From a virus: a stretch of 35,365 nt of DNA. The notes under the pieces are model-generated. The model did no database searches and was not told where the DNA came from. It saw only the letters and a program-made list of their open reading frames with translations. Shown in pieces: positions 1-8,972 of the stretch. The stretch lies in the UHGV virus genome UHGV-2010328. One strand, written 5' to 3'. The position numbers and the translations under genes are program-made. Within the stretch, counting starts at the first letter, position 1; each line of letters starts with the position of its first letter.

Positions 1-141
1 TTACTGCTTACACTGTAAGAACGCCGCAAACTCCGCTCCCCAGAAGCTCATCCGTATTTCGCACAGCGAACCGTGCAGCATCCAGATGATGAGGATTGCC
101 GTCACGCAGAACGTGATGGCCGTAAGCGATTTTTGCGACAT
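1..141 (-). CDS. Hok/Gef-family type I toxin (46-aa small membrane peptide)
   Basis: ATG at 141..139, stop TAA at 3..1. Translation MSQKSLTAITFCVTAILIIWMLHGSLCEIRMSFWGAEFAAFLQCKQ has an N-terminal TM helix and the Hok-like SLCEIR ... E(V/F)AAF motif. Below the ORF-track length cutoff. Confidence 0.6.
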   Translation of the reverse strand: MSQKSLTAITFCVTAILIIWMLHGSLCEIRMSFWGAEFAAFLQCKQ

Positions 142-331
142 AGCACTTGCTCCTTTTCCGGAGAGGCGCTAACCTTTCACTTGTCAAGGTAATGCGGTTA
201 GGGCCTCGGTTAAACAGAGATGTTTTCCGGGGCCTTTCCACATCTGGCCTTCGGGTATTCCCTCCGACCATCAGCCGAAAGGCACCCGCGCGTAATCTAT
301 CGCTTTTTTGTTGCTCCGGCAATTCTGCCTG
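142..331 (-). promoter_or_regulatory. putative hok leader / mok-sok-type control region (not resolved)
   Basis: Inference only: Hok-family genes are normally preceded by an overlapping mok frame and an antisense RNA. The 8..322 minus-strand ORF overlaps hok in another frame. Confidence 0.25.
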
Positions 332-592
332 TTAATTCTGAGGTAAAGGTAAACTCATCTGATTGTTTCCCCTGTGTGAAGCTGGCAGCTCATGCCACGG
401 GATACCATCTGAAGAGTGAACGCCGGAGGCGTGTTTCGATGTGAATTTATGGAAAGCTTCCAGTGTTGAGAAGCATACGCCGCATTCTAGGTTGTTACAT
501 TGGTAATACTTTTGCCGGACGGTGTTTGAATCATTTTCCGGACGACTTGTGCGGATACGGGCAGATGCGCCACAAAGCGGACAACGGAACAT
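332..592 (-). CDS. ogr: Ogr/Delta-family zinc-finger late-gene transcriptional activator
   Basis: 86-aa ORF beginning MFRCPLCGASARIRTSR ... YYQCNNLECG, a C-x2-C ... C-x4-C motif arrangement matching P2 Ogr (MFHCPLCQHAAHARTSR ... YHQCQNVNC). Confidence 0.8.
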   Translation of the reverse strand: MFRCPLCGASARIRTSRPENDSNTVRQKYYQCNNLECGVCFSTLEAFHKFTSKHASGVHSSDGIPWHELPASHRGNNQMSLPLPQN

Positions 593-916
593 TGCTACCC
601 CTCCATTTAACGTGATGCTTCCGTTATTTTTAGTTGCACTATGCAGATTCTAGCTGACTGAATCTTTGATTAAAAGTTCTTCTATGCTCATAACTCGATC
701 TCGTAAGAATCTCAACTTGTATAAATTTATTAACATAAATATATACTAATAATTAAAATAGTTGCGTTTGCTGCCATAATATGCAGTTAGCCATTACAGA
801 AGATGAATATTTAACCATAGGTAAGATATAAACTGGATGGTATAAAATACCTAGGTGAGTAACTAATTATATTTAATTATTTTGGATATTAGTCACTCAC
901 CGTGGTATTAGGGAAA

Positions 917-1321
917 CTAAATACTCTCTTGGTTCTTTTTGATTGTTTTTAGAGTTTTCAGATAATGGTTTTTCCTGTCAAAACTTTGTTTTACTAATTC
1001 TTTATCGGTTGGTGATAAATTTTCTATGTCATCCAATGTAAACTCATCTTTTATTTTTTCTTGTAGCATTCTCTCAAGCTTTTTATATTTCCTGATGGCG
1101 ATTTTGTTGTAAAACCAATTAACCATAAGAGGAAGAAATAAAGATATAAATACAGTCGACTTACTATAGTTTTCTATTCCTATTATATCCTTCACCCGCT
1201 CAGAAAAAGGCAGGGTGAGTATAATGCTGGCAATAATTGAAGCCAGAAAACCGTATGCCAATCTACGGACATCGTGGTTAGCCTCCTGGATTGCGGGAAT
1301 TGTGTCATTAGTTTTTGACAT
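917..1321 (-). CDS. hypothetical small membrane protein (two predicted TM helices, lysine/glutamate-rich C-terminal tail); cargo gene 2
   Basis: 134-aa ORF, ATG 1321..1319 preceded by GGAGG. Hydrophobic segments LAYGFLASIIASIILTLPF and STVFISLFLPLMVNWFY. AT-rich. Overlaps the upstream gene by 14 nt. Confidence 0.55.
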   Translation of the reverse strand: MSKTNDTIPAIQEANHDVRRLAYGFLASIIASIILTLPFSERVKDIIGIENYSKSTVFISLFLPLMVNWFYNKIAIRKYKKLERMLQEKIKDEFTLDDIENLSPTDKELVKQSFDRKNHYLKTLKTIKKNQESI

Positions 1322-1868
1322 GCCCCTTCTCCTCCGCGTTTTGTTTATCTATCATCTTTATAGAACTTTCATCTATAAACATACTGGCTTCCAGGAGGGC
1401 AATTATCATGCTTCCCAAAATAGAGGACAGTCTAATTGATGCTTTTTTTGAATCATCATTTTTTCCATCGTATTTTGAATAACCAAAATAATCTTCGAAT
1501 AGAAGGCTTTCAATGTCATCAAAGAAGAAAAAGGATGTAGTTGTAACAATTATTGGTTTTTTGTCTATTATCTGAAACTTTACATTTGTTTTATTGAATT
1601 TAATTGATGTGTCATTAACTATCTTAACTAGCTCCATCATGTTATTTGCTACTGGGCGATTAACTATACTCATTGTGAGTGATGGAGAAAATCCTGAATC
1701 ATCAAAATTCAAATAATACTGAATTACAGGTGATTCATCTTTGTCTTCTTTATCTATGAAACTTTGTATTATTTTTTTATTTAAAGTCGAGCCATCACTT
1801 TCATTATATAATTCAATATTATCATCATGTCTAAGGGCTACACTATCGCGAATCAAATCAATTAACAT
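1308..1868 (-). CDS. hypothetical protein, no recognisable motif; cargo gene 1
   Basis: ORF 1308..1874 begins with TTG; first ATG at 1868..1866 (MLIDLIRDSVAL...) with GAGG upstream. Very AT-rich, acidic, Asn/Lys/Ile-rich composition unlike the flanking phage genes. Confidence 0.5.
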   Translation of the reverse strand: MLIDLIRDSVALRHDDNIELYNESDGSTLNKKIIQSFIDKEDKDESPVIQYYLNFDDSGFSPSLTMSIVNRPVANNMMELVKIVNDTSIKFNKTNVKFQIIDKKPIIVTTTSFFFFDDIESLLFEDYFGYSKYDGKNDDSKKASIRLSSILGSMIIALLEASMFIDESSIKMIDKQNAEEKGHVKN

Positions 1869-2092
1869 TATCAAAAGACCTCAATTGTTATTTCATGCGT
1901 AATTATACTAAAAGTATCTTAAAAACAGCAACATTTTACATTGGTGATACCTATATGTTGATTGTCCCTCTGAAGAGGGGGGAGCTGCTTTTACAATAAT
2001 GAATGTAGGGCATTCTGGCGCAGAGCGGTCAGTCTGATAGGGTTGTGTCATAATCGTGTCAGTGCATGCCTGAACTAATACATCTAAGTTGC

Positions 2093-3193
2093 TCACTCTG
2101 TTTCTGCTATCCATTCCGGGATTTTTGCTTCAAGCTCAAGCTGTGTGGTAAAGCCACTGTTATCAATAGAATGCTCAACTTTTGCAATAATCCAGTCCTG
2201 ATTGTCGATGTCGCTTTTAAAGCCTGCCACCGTGCCATGCATTTCGGGGTAGAGTTCAGCGCGACCACGTGCCAGCGTGATGGAGAATGATGCGGCTCCG
2301 CGTTGTAGCTGTTGCCACTTTGCCGCCGCTGCGCGTCTTGCTGCCTGCTCGTTCTGATAAGTCTTGCGTAACACAAACACGTTGCCTTCCGCGCCTTCCA
2401 TATAGTCGCCTTCCCGGCTGCTGCTTTTCTCCTTTTTCGGTTTGCGGCGTTTCACGCTGACTTTTTTCTTTTTCCCGTAATTAAGATCAAGCCAGTAGGC
2501 GCGTACACCCGTATACGCCTCGCGGTCAGCAATGCGAAACTGATGGCGATCGCCGCTGCTGCGTGTGATGGCAAACGATGGCAATGGTTTTCCCTGCGCG
2601 TTCACGCCACCGCCTGGCATGATGAATAACAGATTACCGCTTTTTACCGTGGTGATTGCGCCCAGCATTTCCGCCATGCGCGTAAGGAAGGACATGTCAC
2701 TTTCTTCGGTCTGGTCGGCGTGGTCGATTTCGATATCCATCAGCATTTCGCTAATTTGCGGTTTCAGACCGTACCGATGAGCGATGGCGGATACCACACG
2801 CTCAACGGTCACATCATGCCAGGACACCTCACGTTTAACGTTAAATTCATCCCGAAAATCTGCGCTTCTGGCCGAAATGGTCAGCCTGTCCGGCGGTCCT
2901 TCGTGAGCGATTTCATCAACAATGTAAGTGCCTTTTTCTGTCAGCGGTTCTCCTTTCCAGCCAATGAGAACCGTCAGGCGCGCGCCCCGTGGCGGTAGCT
3001 GCAACTGACCATCCGCATCATCCAGCGTGATGGTGAGCTGGTCCGCCTCAAATCCCCGGTTGTCGGTCAGTGACAGGCTCATCAGGCGCTCTGCCACGCC
3101 TGACAGCGTTTTACCCTCCGCGAGAATATCAAAATCCGGCATTTTCACGGGGTCTGTGCCCTGACTGAGCAATTGCATGGTGGTGTCGGTCAT
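2093..3193 (-). CDS. D: tail protein D (P2 gpD-like)
   Basis: 366 aa from ATG 3193..3191 (MTDTTMQLLSQGTDP...) with GGGAGGG upstream. The in-frame upstream extension to 3325 is rejected. Length and position fit gpD. Confidence 0.8.
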   Translation of the reverse strand: MTDTTMQLLSQGTDPVKMPDFDILAEGKTLSGVAERLMSLSLTDNRGFEADQLTITLDDADGQLQLPPRGARLTVLIGWKGEPLTEKGTYIVDEIAHEGPPDRLTISARSADFRDEFNVKREVSWHDVTVERVVSAIAHRYGLKPQISEMLMDIEIDHADQTEESDMSFLTRMAEMLGAITTVKSGNLLFIMPGGGVNAQGKPLPSFAITRSSGDRHQFRIADREAYTGVRAYWLDLNYGKKKKVSVKRRKPKKEKSSSREGDYMEGAEGNVFVLRKTYQNEQAARRAAAAKWQQLQRGAASFSITLARGRAELYPEMHGTVAGFKSDIDNQDWIIAKVEHSIDNSGFTTQLELEAKIPEWIAETE

Positions 3194-3350
3194 CTGTTCC
3201 CTCCCTGTGCGGCATGGTCGCATGTGCGTGCGGAGGGGGTTACTGCTTTTTGTTGTCGCCGGGTCGGGAGAACGGCGCAGGGGTGAGATTACGCGCGTGG
3301 TGGGTGATGATTGTTGCCGAATCATTTAACGGATACAAGGGGCTGAAGCT

Positions 3351-4535
3351 ATGAGTGAAACTCGTTTTCATGGTGCCCGTGTTACGGAAAATACCGACCT
3401 GGTAACAGCGATTAACGATGTTGATTCCAGCGTTATCGGTATCGTGGCAACGGCGGATGATGCGGACGCGAAGCTGTTCCCGCTGAACAAGCCCACACTG
3501 CTGACCCGCGTCAATGACGTGCTGGGAAAATGCGGGACAACGGGGACGCTTTATCGTGCACTTAAGGCCATCGCAGACCAGGTGAGCACAAAGGTGATCG
3601 TCGTTCGCGTGGCTGAACACAAAGAAGAAGACGGAAAGACGCAGGATCAACTGGTTATCGGTGGTTCTGAGGATGACGGCAGCTATACGGGGATGTATGC
3701 GCTGCTTGTTGCAGAGCAGGATGAAAGCATCGGATACCGTCCGCGTATTCTGGCCGCGCCGGAGCTGGACACGGAGGCTGTAACAAAATCCCTGTGCGTG
3801 ATTGCAGGTAAACTGCGCGCGTTTGTGTATGCCTCATGTTACGGCTGTAACACGATGGCTGAGGCGATTACCTACCGCCAGAAATTCAACGAACGTGAGG
3901 TGATGCTCTTATGGCCGGACTTCATCGCCTACAACCCGAAAAGTGGCAAAAACGAAACGTTCCCCGCGCCTGCCTATGCGTGCGGCCTTCGTGCGTACAT
4001 TGACCATGAGCAGGGCTGGCACAAATCATTGTCCAACGTTCCGGTTAAAAATGTGCTGGGGATGTCGAGGCATGTGTTCTGGTCGTTGCAGGCCGAAGAC
4101 AGCGATGCCAACAGCCTCAACAACAAAGAAATCACGACCATTATTCGTCGCAACGGGTTCCGCTTCTGGGGCAACCGCACACCGGAAACGAACGCCTACA
4201 TCTTTGAGGTGTATACCCGAACCGCACAGGTGCTGGCTGATTCAATTGCGGAAGCGCAGTTTGAAACCATCGACAGTCCACTGACGCCTGCGAATGTGAA
4301 GGATGTTATCAGTGCCATCAGGGCAAAACTGGATTCGCTGGTTACTGCCGGGAAACTGATTGGTGCGGAGTGCTGGTATGACGTGGTGGATAACGGCACC
4401 ACGAATTTACGTCAGGGGCGTGTGCGTATTCGCTACAAATATACGCCCGTTCCGCCACTGGAAGACATGGAGCTTTACCAGACGTTTACTGATGAATACT
4501 TTGAACCCGCATTTGCGGTGCTGGGAGGTGCCTGA
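3351..4535 (+). CDS. FI: contractile tail sheath protein (gpFI-like)
   Basis: 394 aa, RBS AAGGGG before ATG 3351. Followed by tube, E/E', tape measure and U in canonical order. Confidence 0.85.
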   Translation: MSETRFHGARVTENTDLVTAINDVDSSVIGIVATADDADAKLFPLNKPTLLTRVNDVLGKCGTTGTLYRALKAIADQVSTKVIVVRVAEHKEEDGKTQDQLVIGGSEDDGSYTGMYALLVAEQDESIGYRPRILAAPELDTEAVTKSLCVIAGKLRAFVYASCYGCNTMAEAITYRQKFNEREVMLLWPDFIAYNPKSGKNETFPAPAYACGLRAYIDHEQGWHKSLSNVPVKNVLGMSRHVFWSLQAEDSDANSLNNKEITTIIRRNGFRFWGNRTPETNAYIFEVYTRTAQVLADSIAEAQFETIDSPLTPANVKDVISAIRAKLDSLVTAGKLIGAECWYDVVDNGTTNLRQGRVRIRYKYTPVPPLEDMELYQTFTDEYFEPAFAVLGGA

Positions 4536-5047
4536 TGGCTGTGCCAAAACATCTTCGCTTTTTTACGCTGTTTGTGGATGGTGAAAACGAAGTGGGTAAG
4601 GTGACGTCCGTCACTCTGCCTAAGCTGACGCGCAAAACCGACAGCTACCGGGGGGGCGGCATGATGGGTGCGGTAAGTATTGATCTCGGTCTGGAAGACT
4701 CCGCGCTTGATGCGAGCTTTGTCATGGGGGGCGCAGTTCGTGAGCTGTTCCTTAAGTATGGCGGCACGATTGACGGCACGCTGCTGCGTTTTGCGGGTGA
4801 ATACTACACCGATGCAGAAAGTGACCTGTATGAAGTCGAAATGCGCGGACGTGTGACGGAAATTGATATGGGGGAAGCCAAACAGGGCGAAGCCACATCA
4901 CACACTTACGCCATTAAAAACACCTACTACAAGCTGAGTGTTAACGATCGCCCGTTGTGGGAGATTGACCTGCTGAACTTCATTTACCGGAAGGACGGCA
5001 AGGACATTGTGCCCGATCGCATCCGTTCCGCGCTCGGGCTTGGCTGA
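4535..5047 (+). CDS. FII: tail tube protein (gpFII-like)
   Basis: 170 aa. ATG overlaps the FI stop (TGATG). Confidence 0.85.
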   Translation: MAVPKHLRFFTLFVDGENEVGKVTSVTLPKLTRKTDSYRGGGMMGAVSIDLGLEDSALDASFVMGGAVRELFLKYGGTIDGTLLRFAGEYYTDAESDLYEVEMRGRVTEIDMGEAKQGEATSHTYAIKNTYYKLSVNDRPLWEIDLLNFIYRKDGKDIVPDRIRSALGLG

Positions 5048-5101
5048 TAAGTAATATGCAGGCGGCGCAGTGCGTCGCCTCTGACTGAAAGGAGTTTCCT
5101 G

Positions 5102-5467
5102 ATGAAAGAGACGAAAAACATCGATACCGAAAACACGGTAGTTACTGACACTGTGAAAGAAACCAGTGAGCGTGGCGTAAAACTTACCCAACCAATTGAG
5201 CGAGGCGGCGAAAAAATCACGTATGTGGAGATCACCGGGGCTATTGAGCAGGCTGGATCTCTGCGAGATTTGTCGCTGTCTGATGTGCTGAATCTGAAAG
5301 CGGAATCCATGTTTACGCTGTTGTCGCGCGTGACATCACCGCGACTGGATGAAGTGATGATCAAAAAAATGGCATCCCGTGACTTTATTCAGTTATGTGT
5401 GGTTACCGTAAATTTTTTGAGCGGTGCGGACTCTGGCGGGAAGAACGAACAGGCGACGGAAGCCTGA
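5102..5467 (+). CDS. E: tail assembly chaperone E (zero-frame product)
   Basis: 121 aa, RBS AAAGGAG before ATG 5102. Contains the slippery site at 5413-5419. Confidence 0.75.
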   Translation: MKETKNIDTENTVVTDTVKETSERGVKLTQPIERGGEKITYVEITGAIEQAGSLRDLSLSDVLNLKAESMFTLLSRVTSPRLDEVMIKKMASRDFIQLCVVTVNFLSGADSGGKNEQATEA

Positions 5468-5631
5468 TCACGGTTGTGTGCTTTGAGCACATAGAAGACT
5501 TTGTGGCAGATATTGCCGTTATTTTTAACTGGTCGCCCGCCGAAATCTTCATGATGACGCCCGGCGAAGTGGTTAGCTGGCGTGAGCGGGCGGCACTTCG
5601 CAGCGGGAATGCAGACAATGAAGACTCTTGA
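5102..5631 (+). CDS. tail assembly chaperone E+E' (-1 programmed frameshift product)
   Basis: The -1 frame opened at heptamer T_TTT_TTG (5413-5419) continues ...FFERCGLWREERTGDG... to TGA 5629-5631 and overlaps the tape-measure start, as in P2 E/E' and lambda G/GT. Confidence 0.65.
5413..5419 (+). other. slippery heptanucleotide TTTTTTG for -1 ribosomal frameshift (E to E')
   Basis: Zero-frame codons aaT TTT TTG; the -1 frame is open for 72 further codons. Confidence 0.65.
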
Positions 5632-8425
5632 TATCCGGGTCGCTTTCAGCGCCGTTGACAGGCTGACCCGGCCTGCCGAAAACGCCCGCCGCCTGATGGG
5701 GCAGTTTGGTGACTCCATCCAGCGAACGCAGGGGGCGATTAAAAATCTCGAGCGTCAGGCGCGTTCATTTGAGCGCGCCCGCGACGCTGTCAGTAAAGCG
5801 GATGCGGGTATCGTGAAAGCACGACGCCAGCTTAACGCCCTTAATCAGTTACAACGCACGGGTGCAGTGCTCAGCGAAAAACAACAAAAGCTGATGCAGC
5901 AGTTAAGCACCCGGCTTGAACGCCTGAATGAATCGCGCGCACGGGAAATTCAGAAAATGCGGGAGCTTGGCGGAGAGCTGAAACGCCACGGCATTTCCCT
6001 GACAGGCAGCGATAACACCATCCAGCAGGCCATCAGACGCACCGAACAGTACAACAACCAGCTTGAACGCGAACGGCAGGCGCTTGCGCGTGTAACGCGG
6101 GCGCGTGAGCGGTATTCGCGCGCGCAGGAAACTGCGGGAAAACTGAAAACAGGTGGTGCGCTGGCAATTGGTGCGGCAGCGGCGGGCGGCTATGCTGCCG
6201 GGCGTTTTTTGCAGCCCGCGATCGGGTTCGGGAAAGAGATGTCCCGCGTTCAGGCACTGACGCGAATCGACAAAAACAGCCCGCAGTTTAAGGCGCTGCG
6301 TGAGCAGGCGTTAAAACTTGGCTCTGAAACGCAGTTCACCGCAGGCGATGCCGCCAGTGGACAGGCATTTCTTGCAATGGCTGGCTTCACTCCGCAGGCC
6401 ATTCAGGCTGCGCTTCCCGGCGTGCTGAGCATGGCAACGGCTGGCGGTATGGATCTCGGCGAGACGGCGGATATTGGCTCAAATATCCTGACGCAGTTCG
6501 GCCTTTCTGCTGACCAGATGGACCGGGTCGGTGACACACTCACCGCAGCGTTTACCCGTACCAACACTGACCTTCGCGCACTGGGCGAAACCATGAAATA
6601 TGCAGGTCCGGTGGCGGGTAAGCTGGGAATATCGCTGGAGCAGGCCGCAGCTATGGCGGGCGTGCTGGCGAATATGGGCATCAGGGGGAGTGATGCCGGG
6701 ACGGCAATGCGTGCCAGCCTGGCTCGTCTGGCATCACCGCCAAAGGCGGCGGCAGAAGCTCTGAAAGAGCTGGGCGTGTCTGTCTCGGATGCCGGGGGCA
6801 AAATGCGCCCGATGGAAGATCTGCTGGCTGACCTTTATAAAGCTACCCGCAAATACGGGGAAGTTGACCGGGTATCCTTCTTTAAGGACATCGCCGGGGA
6901 AGAGGCTTTCACATCGTTTATGGCGCTCGTTGATGCGGCGGGTGACGGTTCCTTACCCAAACTGAGAAAAGAACTTGAGGGCGCACGCGGTGAGGCTGAA
7001 CGCACAGCAAAGGTTATGGCCGACAACCTTGATGGCGACCTGAAAAATCTCGACAGCGCATGGGAAGGTCTTCGTATTCGCATCAGTGATCTGGTTGACG
7101 GTTCGCTGCGTTCTGTCACGCAGTGGCTAACGCGGGTGGTCTCAAAGGTGACGGCACTGGCGCAGGCCCATCCTGTACTGACGCGCCAGCTACTGATTGC
7201 AGGCGGTGCGCTGCTGGCAGTGACTGCAACCGTAGGCTCGTTGTCGCTTGCTCTTGGTGTGCTTGCTGGCCCACTGGCAAAACTGCGTCTTGGTTTTTCC
7301 CTCCTGACCGGATCAATGAATGCTGTCAGGCTCCTGCCAGCACTATGGGGAATGGTGACGGGTTCCGTTTCTTTGCTGGGAGGTGCTATCGGGGCGCTGT
7401 TCAGTCCGGTTGGTCTTATCGTGGCTGCGCTTGCCGGAGCTGCCATTCTTATCTGGAAATACTGGGATCCCATCAGGGCATTTTTTGCCGGGGTGTTCAG
7501 CGGGATTATGGAAAGGCTGACCCCGTTGCGCGAAACCTTTGAACGGTTTGGCCCTGTTTTTGACGTAATCGGAAGCGGGATCAGCCAGGTGTTTAACTGG
7601 TTTAAATCGCTGCTGTCACCGATGGAGTCCAGCAAGGAAACGCTGGATAAATGTGCCAGTGCTGGCGAGGTATTCGGTAACGTTCTTGGTGGTGCGTTAC
7701 AACTTGTTCTGACACCTGCAAAAATGTTGCTGGATACGCTGGCGTGGATACTTGAAAAGCTCGGTGTGCTTCCGGATGAAGCGGAAAGGGCGCGCAAGAA
7801 AATCGAAGACGCACAGCGTGCGGCCATTCTTCAGGACAAGGTTGCCTTGCTTCAGGGGGACTTGGCGAAAATCAATCCGCCGAAGCCTGTGGAAAATGGC
7901 AATGGCACCGGAAGCGATAAACCCAAAGACAACAAACCGCTCACAGACAGCAATACCGGTACGCTACGCAGACTCAGCAAGATTGCTGATAACACAGGTA
8001 AGCTGGTTGATGAGACGAAAAAACGCATTGGTCCTGGCGATATTGTCTTTAAGAACCTGCCCCGCGCACTTGCTGTTCGTGGGGAGTGGCAGGAGCGGAA
8101 GATTGCGCAGGTCAGTAAGCCTGCCCCCGCAATTAATATCACACCCGTAGTCCCGGCTCCGCTGCCTCCGGCGCTGGTCCCTGTTGTTGCGGCCAGCTCC
8201 CGCCCGGTGGCGGAGGCCATACGATCGCCAGTGGCATCAGTTCCTGCAACTTCCCGTAACCGGGAGCCTGCTGTCTCCGGATTTGGCGGTGAAATTCATG
8301 TTCATCTGCATAACGTTGTTACGCAGAATCCCAGCGAACTGGCGAAACTGGTCGGTGAAATGGTCAGGGCAGAAATGGAACGGCGCGCCCGTGCCGGGCG
8401 TGGCAGTTTTTACGATAAAGATTGA
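5609..8425 (+). CDS. T: tail tape measure protein (gpT-like)
   Basis: 938 aa from ATG 5609 (ORF frame opens at GTG 5582). Coiled-coil N-terminal half, Gly/Ala-rich hydrophobic middle. Position between E' and U. Confidence 0.85.
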   Translation: MQTMKTLDIRVAFSAVDRLTRPAENARRLMGQFGDSIQRTQGAIKNLERQARSFERARDAVSKADAGIVKARRQLNALNQLQRTGAVLSEKQQKLMQQLSTRLERLNESRAREIQKMRELGGELKRHGISLTGSDNTIQQAIRRTEQYNNQLERERQALARVTRARERYSRAQETAGKLKTGGALAIGAAAAGGYAAGRFLQPAIGFGKEMSRVQALTRIDKNSPQFKALREQALKLGSETQFTAGDAASGQAFLAMAGFTPQAIQAALPGVLSMATAGGMDLGETADIGSNILTQFGLSADQMDRVGDTLTAAFTRTNTDLRALGETMKYAGPVAGKLGISLEQAAAMAGVLANMGIRGSDAGTAMRASLARLASPPKAAAEALKELGVSVSDAGGKMRPMEDLLADLYKATRKYGEVDRVSFFKDIAGEEAFTSFMALVDAAGDGSLPKLRKELEGARGEAERTAKVMADNLDGDLKNLDSAWEGLRIRISDLVDGSLRSVTQWLTRVVSKVTALAQAHPVLTRQLLIAGGALLAVTATVGSLSLALGVLAGPLAKLRLGFSLLTGSMNAVRLLPALWGMVTGSVSLLGGAIGALFSPVGLIVAALAGAAILIWKYWDPIRAFFAGVFSGIMERLTPLRETFERFGPVFDVIGSGISQVFNWFKSLLSPMESSKETLDKCASAGEVFGNVLGGALQLVLTPAKMLLDTLAWILEKLGVLPDEAERARKKIEDAQRAAILQDKVALLQGDLAKINPPKPVENGNGTGSDKPKDNKPLTDSNTGTLRRLSKIADNTGKLVDETKKRIGPGDIVFKNLPRALAVRGEWQERKIAQVSKPAPAINITPVVPAPLPPALVPVVAASSRPVAEAIRSPVASVPATSRNREPAVSGFGGEIHVHLHNVVTQNPSELAKLVGEMVRAEMERRARAGRGSFYDKD

Positions 8426-8437
8426 GGAGTCATGGCC

Positions 8438-8926
8438 ATGATGATGATCTACGGCATGTTTGTTTTTGAGCTGCGCACGCTGCCGCATCAGCAGTTACAG
8501 CAAAACAAAAGCTGGCGGCATGTGAAAAATGAACGCGTTAACCGTTCAGCAAGCTGGCAGTATATCGGTGCAGGTGATGATCGCATCGTTCTTTCTGGTG
8601 TGCTTTATCCTGAAATTACAGGTGGCGAAGTGTCGCTGTCGCTGCTGACCACGCAGGCGTATACAGGACGACCCTGGCCTCTGATTGATGGCGTCGGGCA
8701 GATTTACGGCATGTATGTCCTGACCGGAACGAATACGACCCGTTCCGAGTTTGATCGCTACGGTAAGGCGAAAAAGATAGAATTTTCACTGACACTTGAA
8801 CGCTGTGATGAGGATTTGCGGGAGCGCCTGCAATCCTCATCATTCAGCGATATGCTGTCCGGCTTCAAAGATAAGGTGACATCATCTCTTAACAGCGCGG
8901 CCAGTTCAGTTAAAGGGCTGTTCTGA
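8438..8926 (+). CDS. U: tail protein U (gpU-like)
   Basis: MMMIYGMFVFELRTLPHQQLQ resembles the P2 gpU N-terminus. GAGGAG lies 8 nt upstream of ATG 8438 (ORF-track start 8432 is too close to the RBS). Confidence 0.8.
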   Translation: MMMIYGMFVFELRTLPHQQLQQNKSWRHVKNERVNRSASWQYIGAGDDRIVLSGVLYPEITGGEVSLSLLTTQAYTGRPWPLIDGVGQIYGMYVLTGTNTTRSEFDRYGKAKKIEFSLTLERCDEDLRERLQSSSFSDMLSGFKDKVTSSLNSAASSVKGLF

Positions 8927-8938
8927 TTTAACACAAAA

Positions 8939-8972
8939 ACCGCTAATGGTCAGATTAGCGGTTATTTTGTTT
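8939..8972. terminator. bidirectional intrinsic terminator between U (+) and invertase (-)
   Basis: Stem accgctaat / attagcggt with a 6-nt loop, flanked by an A-run upstream and T-run downstream, so it reads as a terminator on both strands. Confidence 0.6.

Noticed and set aside
8-322. 104-aa minus-strand ORF overlapping hok and the ogr stop
   Set aside because: Not credible as an independent protein (Arg-rich, overlaps two genes). It may include a mok-like regulatory frame, which is noted under the hok finding but not called as a CDS.
1908-2114. 68-aa minus-strand ORF between D and the cargo operon
   Set aside because: Overlaps the D stop and the probable cargo promoter and terminator hairpin (ccctctgaagagggg at about 1966-1982); no RBS.
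3194-3325. N-terminal 44-codon extension of the D ORF
   Set aside because: The extension has no RBS and runs into the FI promoter region; the internal ATG at 3193 has a strong GGGAGGG RBS and gives a P2 gpD-like length.
6835-7827. 330-aa minus-strand ORF inside the tape-measure gene
   Set aside because: Fully antisense to a well-supported long gene in GC-rich DNA, with Ser/Pro/Ala/Arg-rich composition typical of shadow ORFs and no RBS context.
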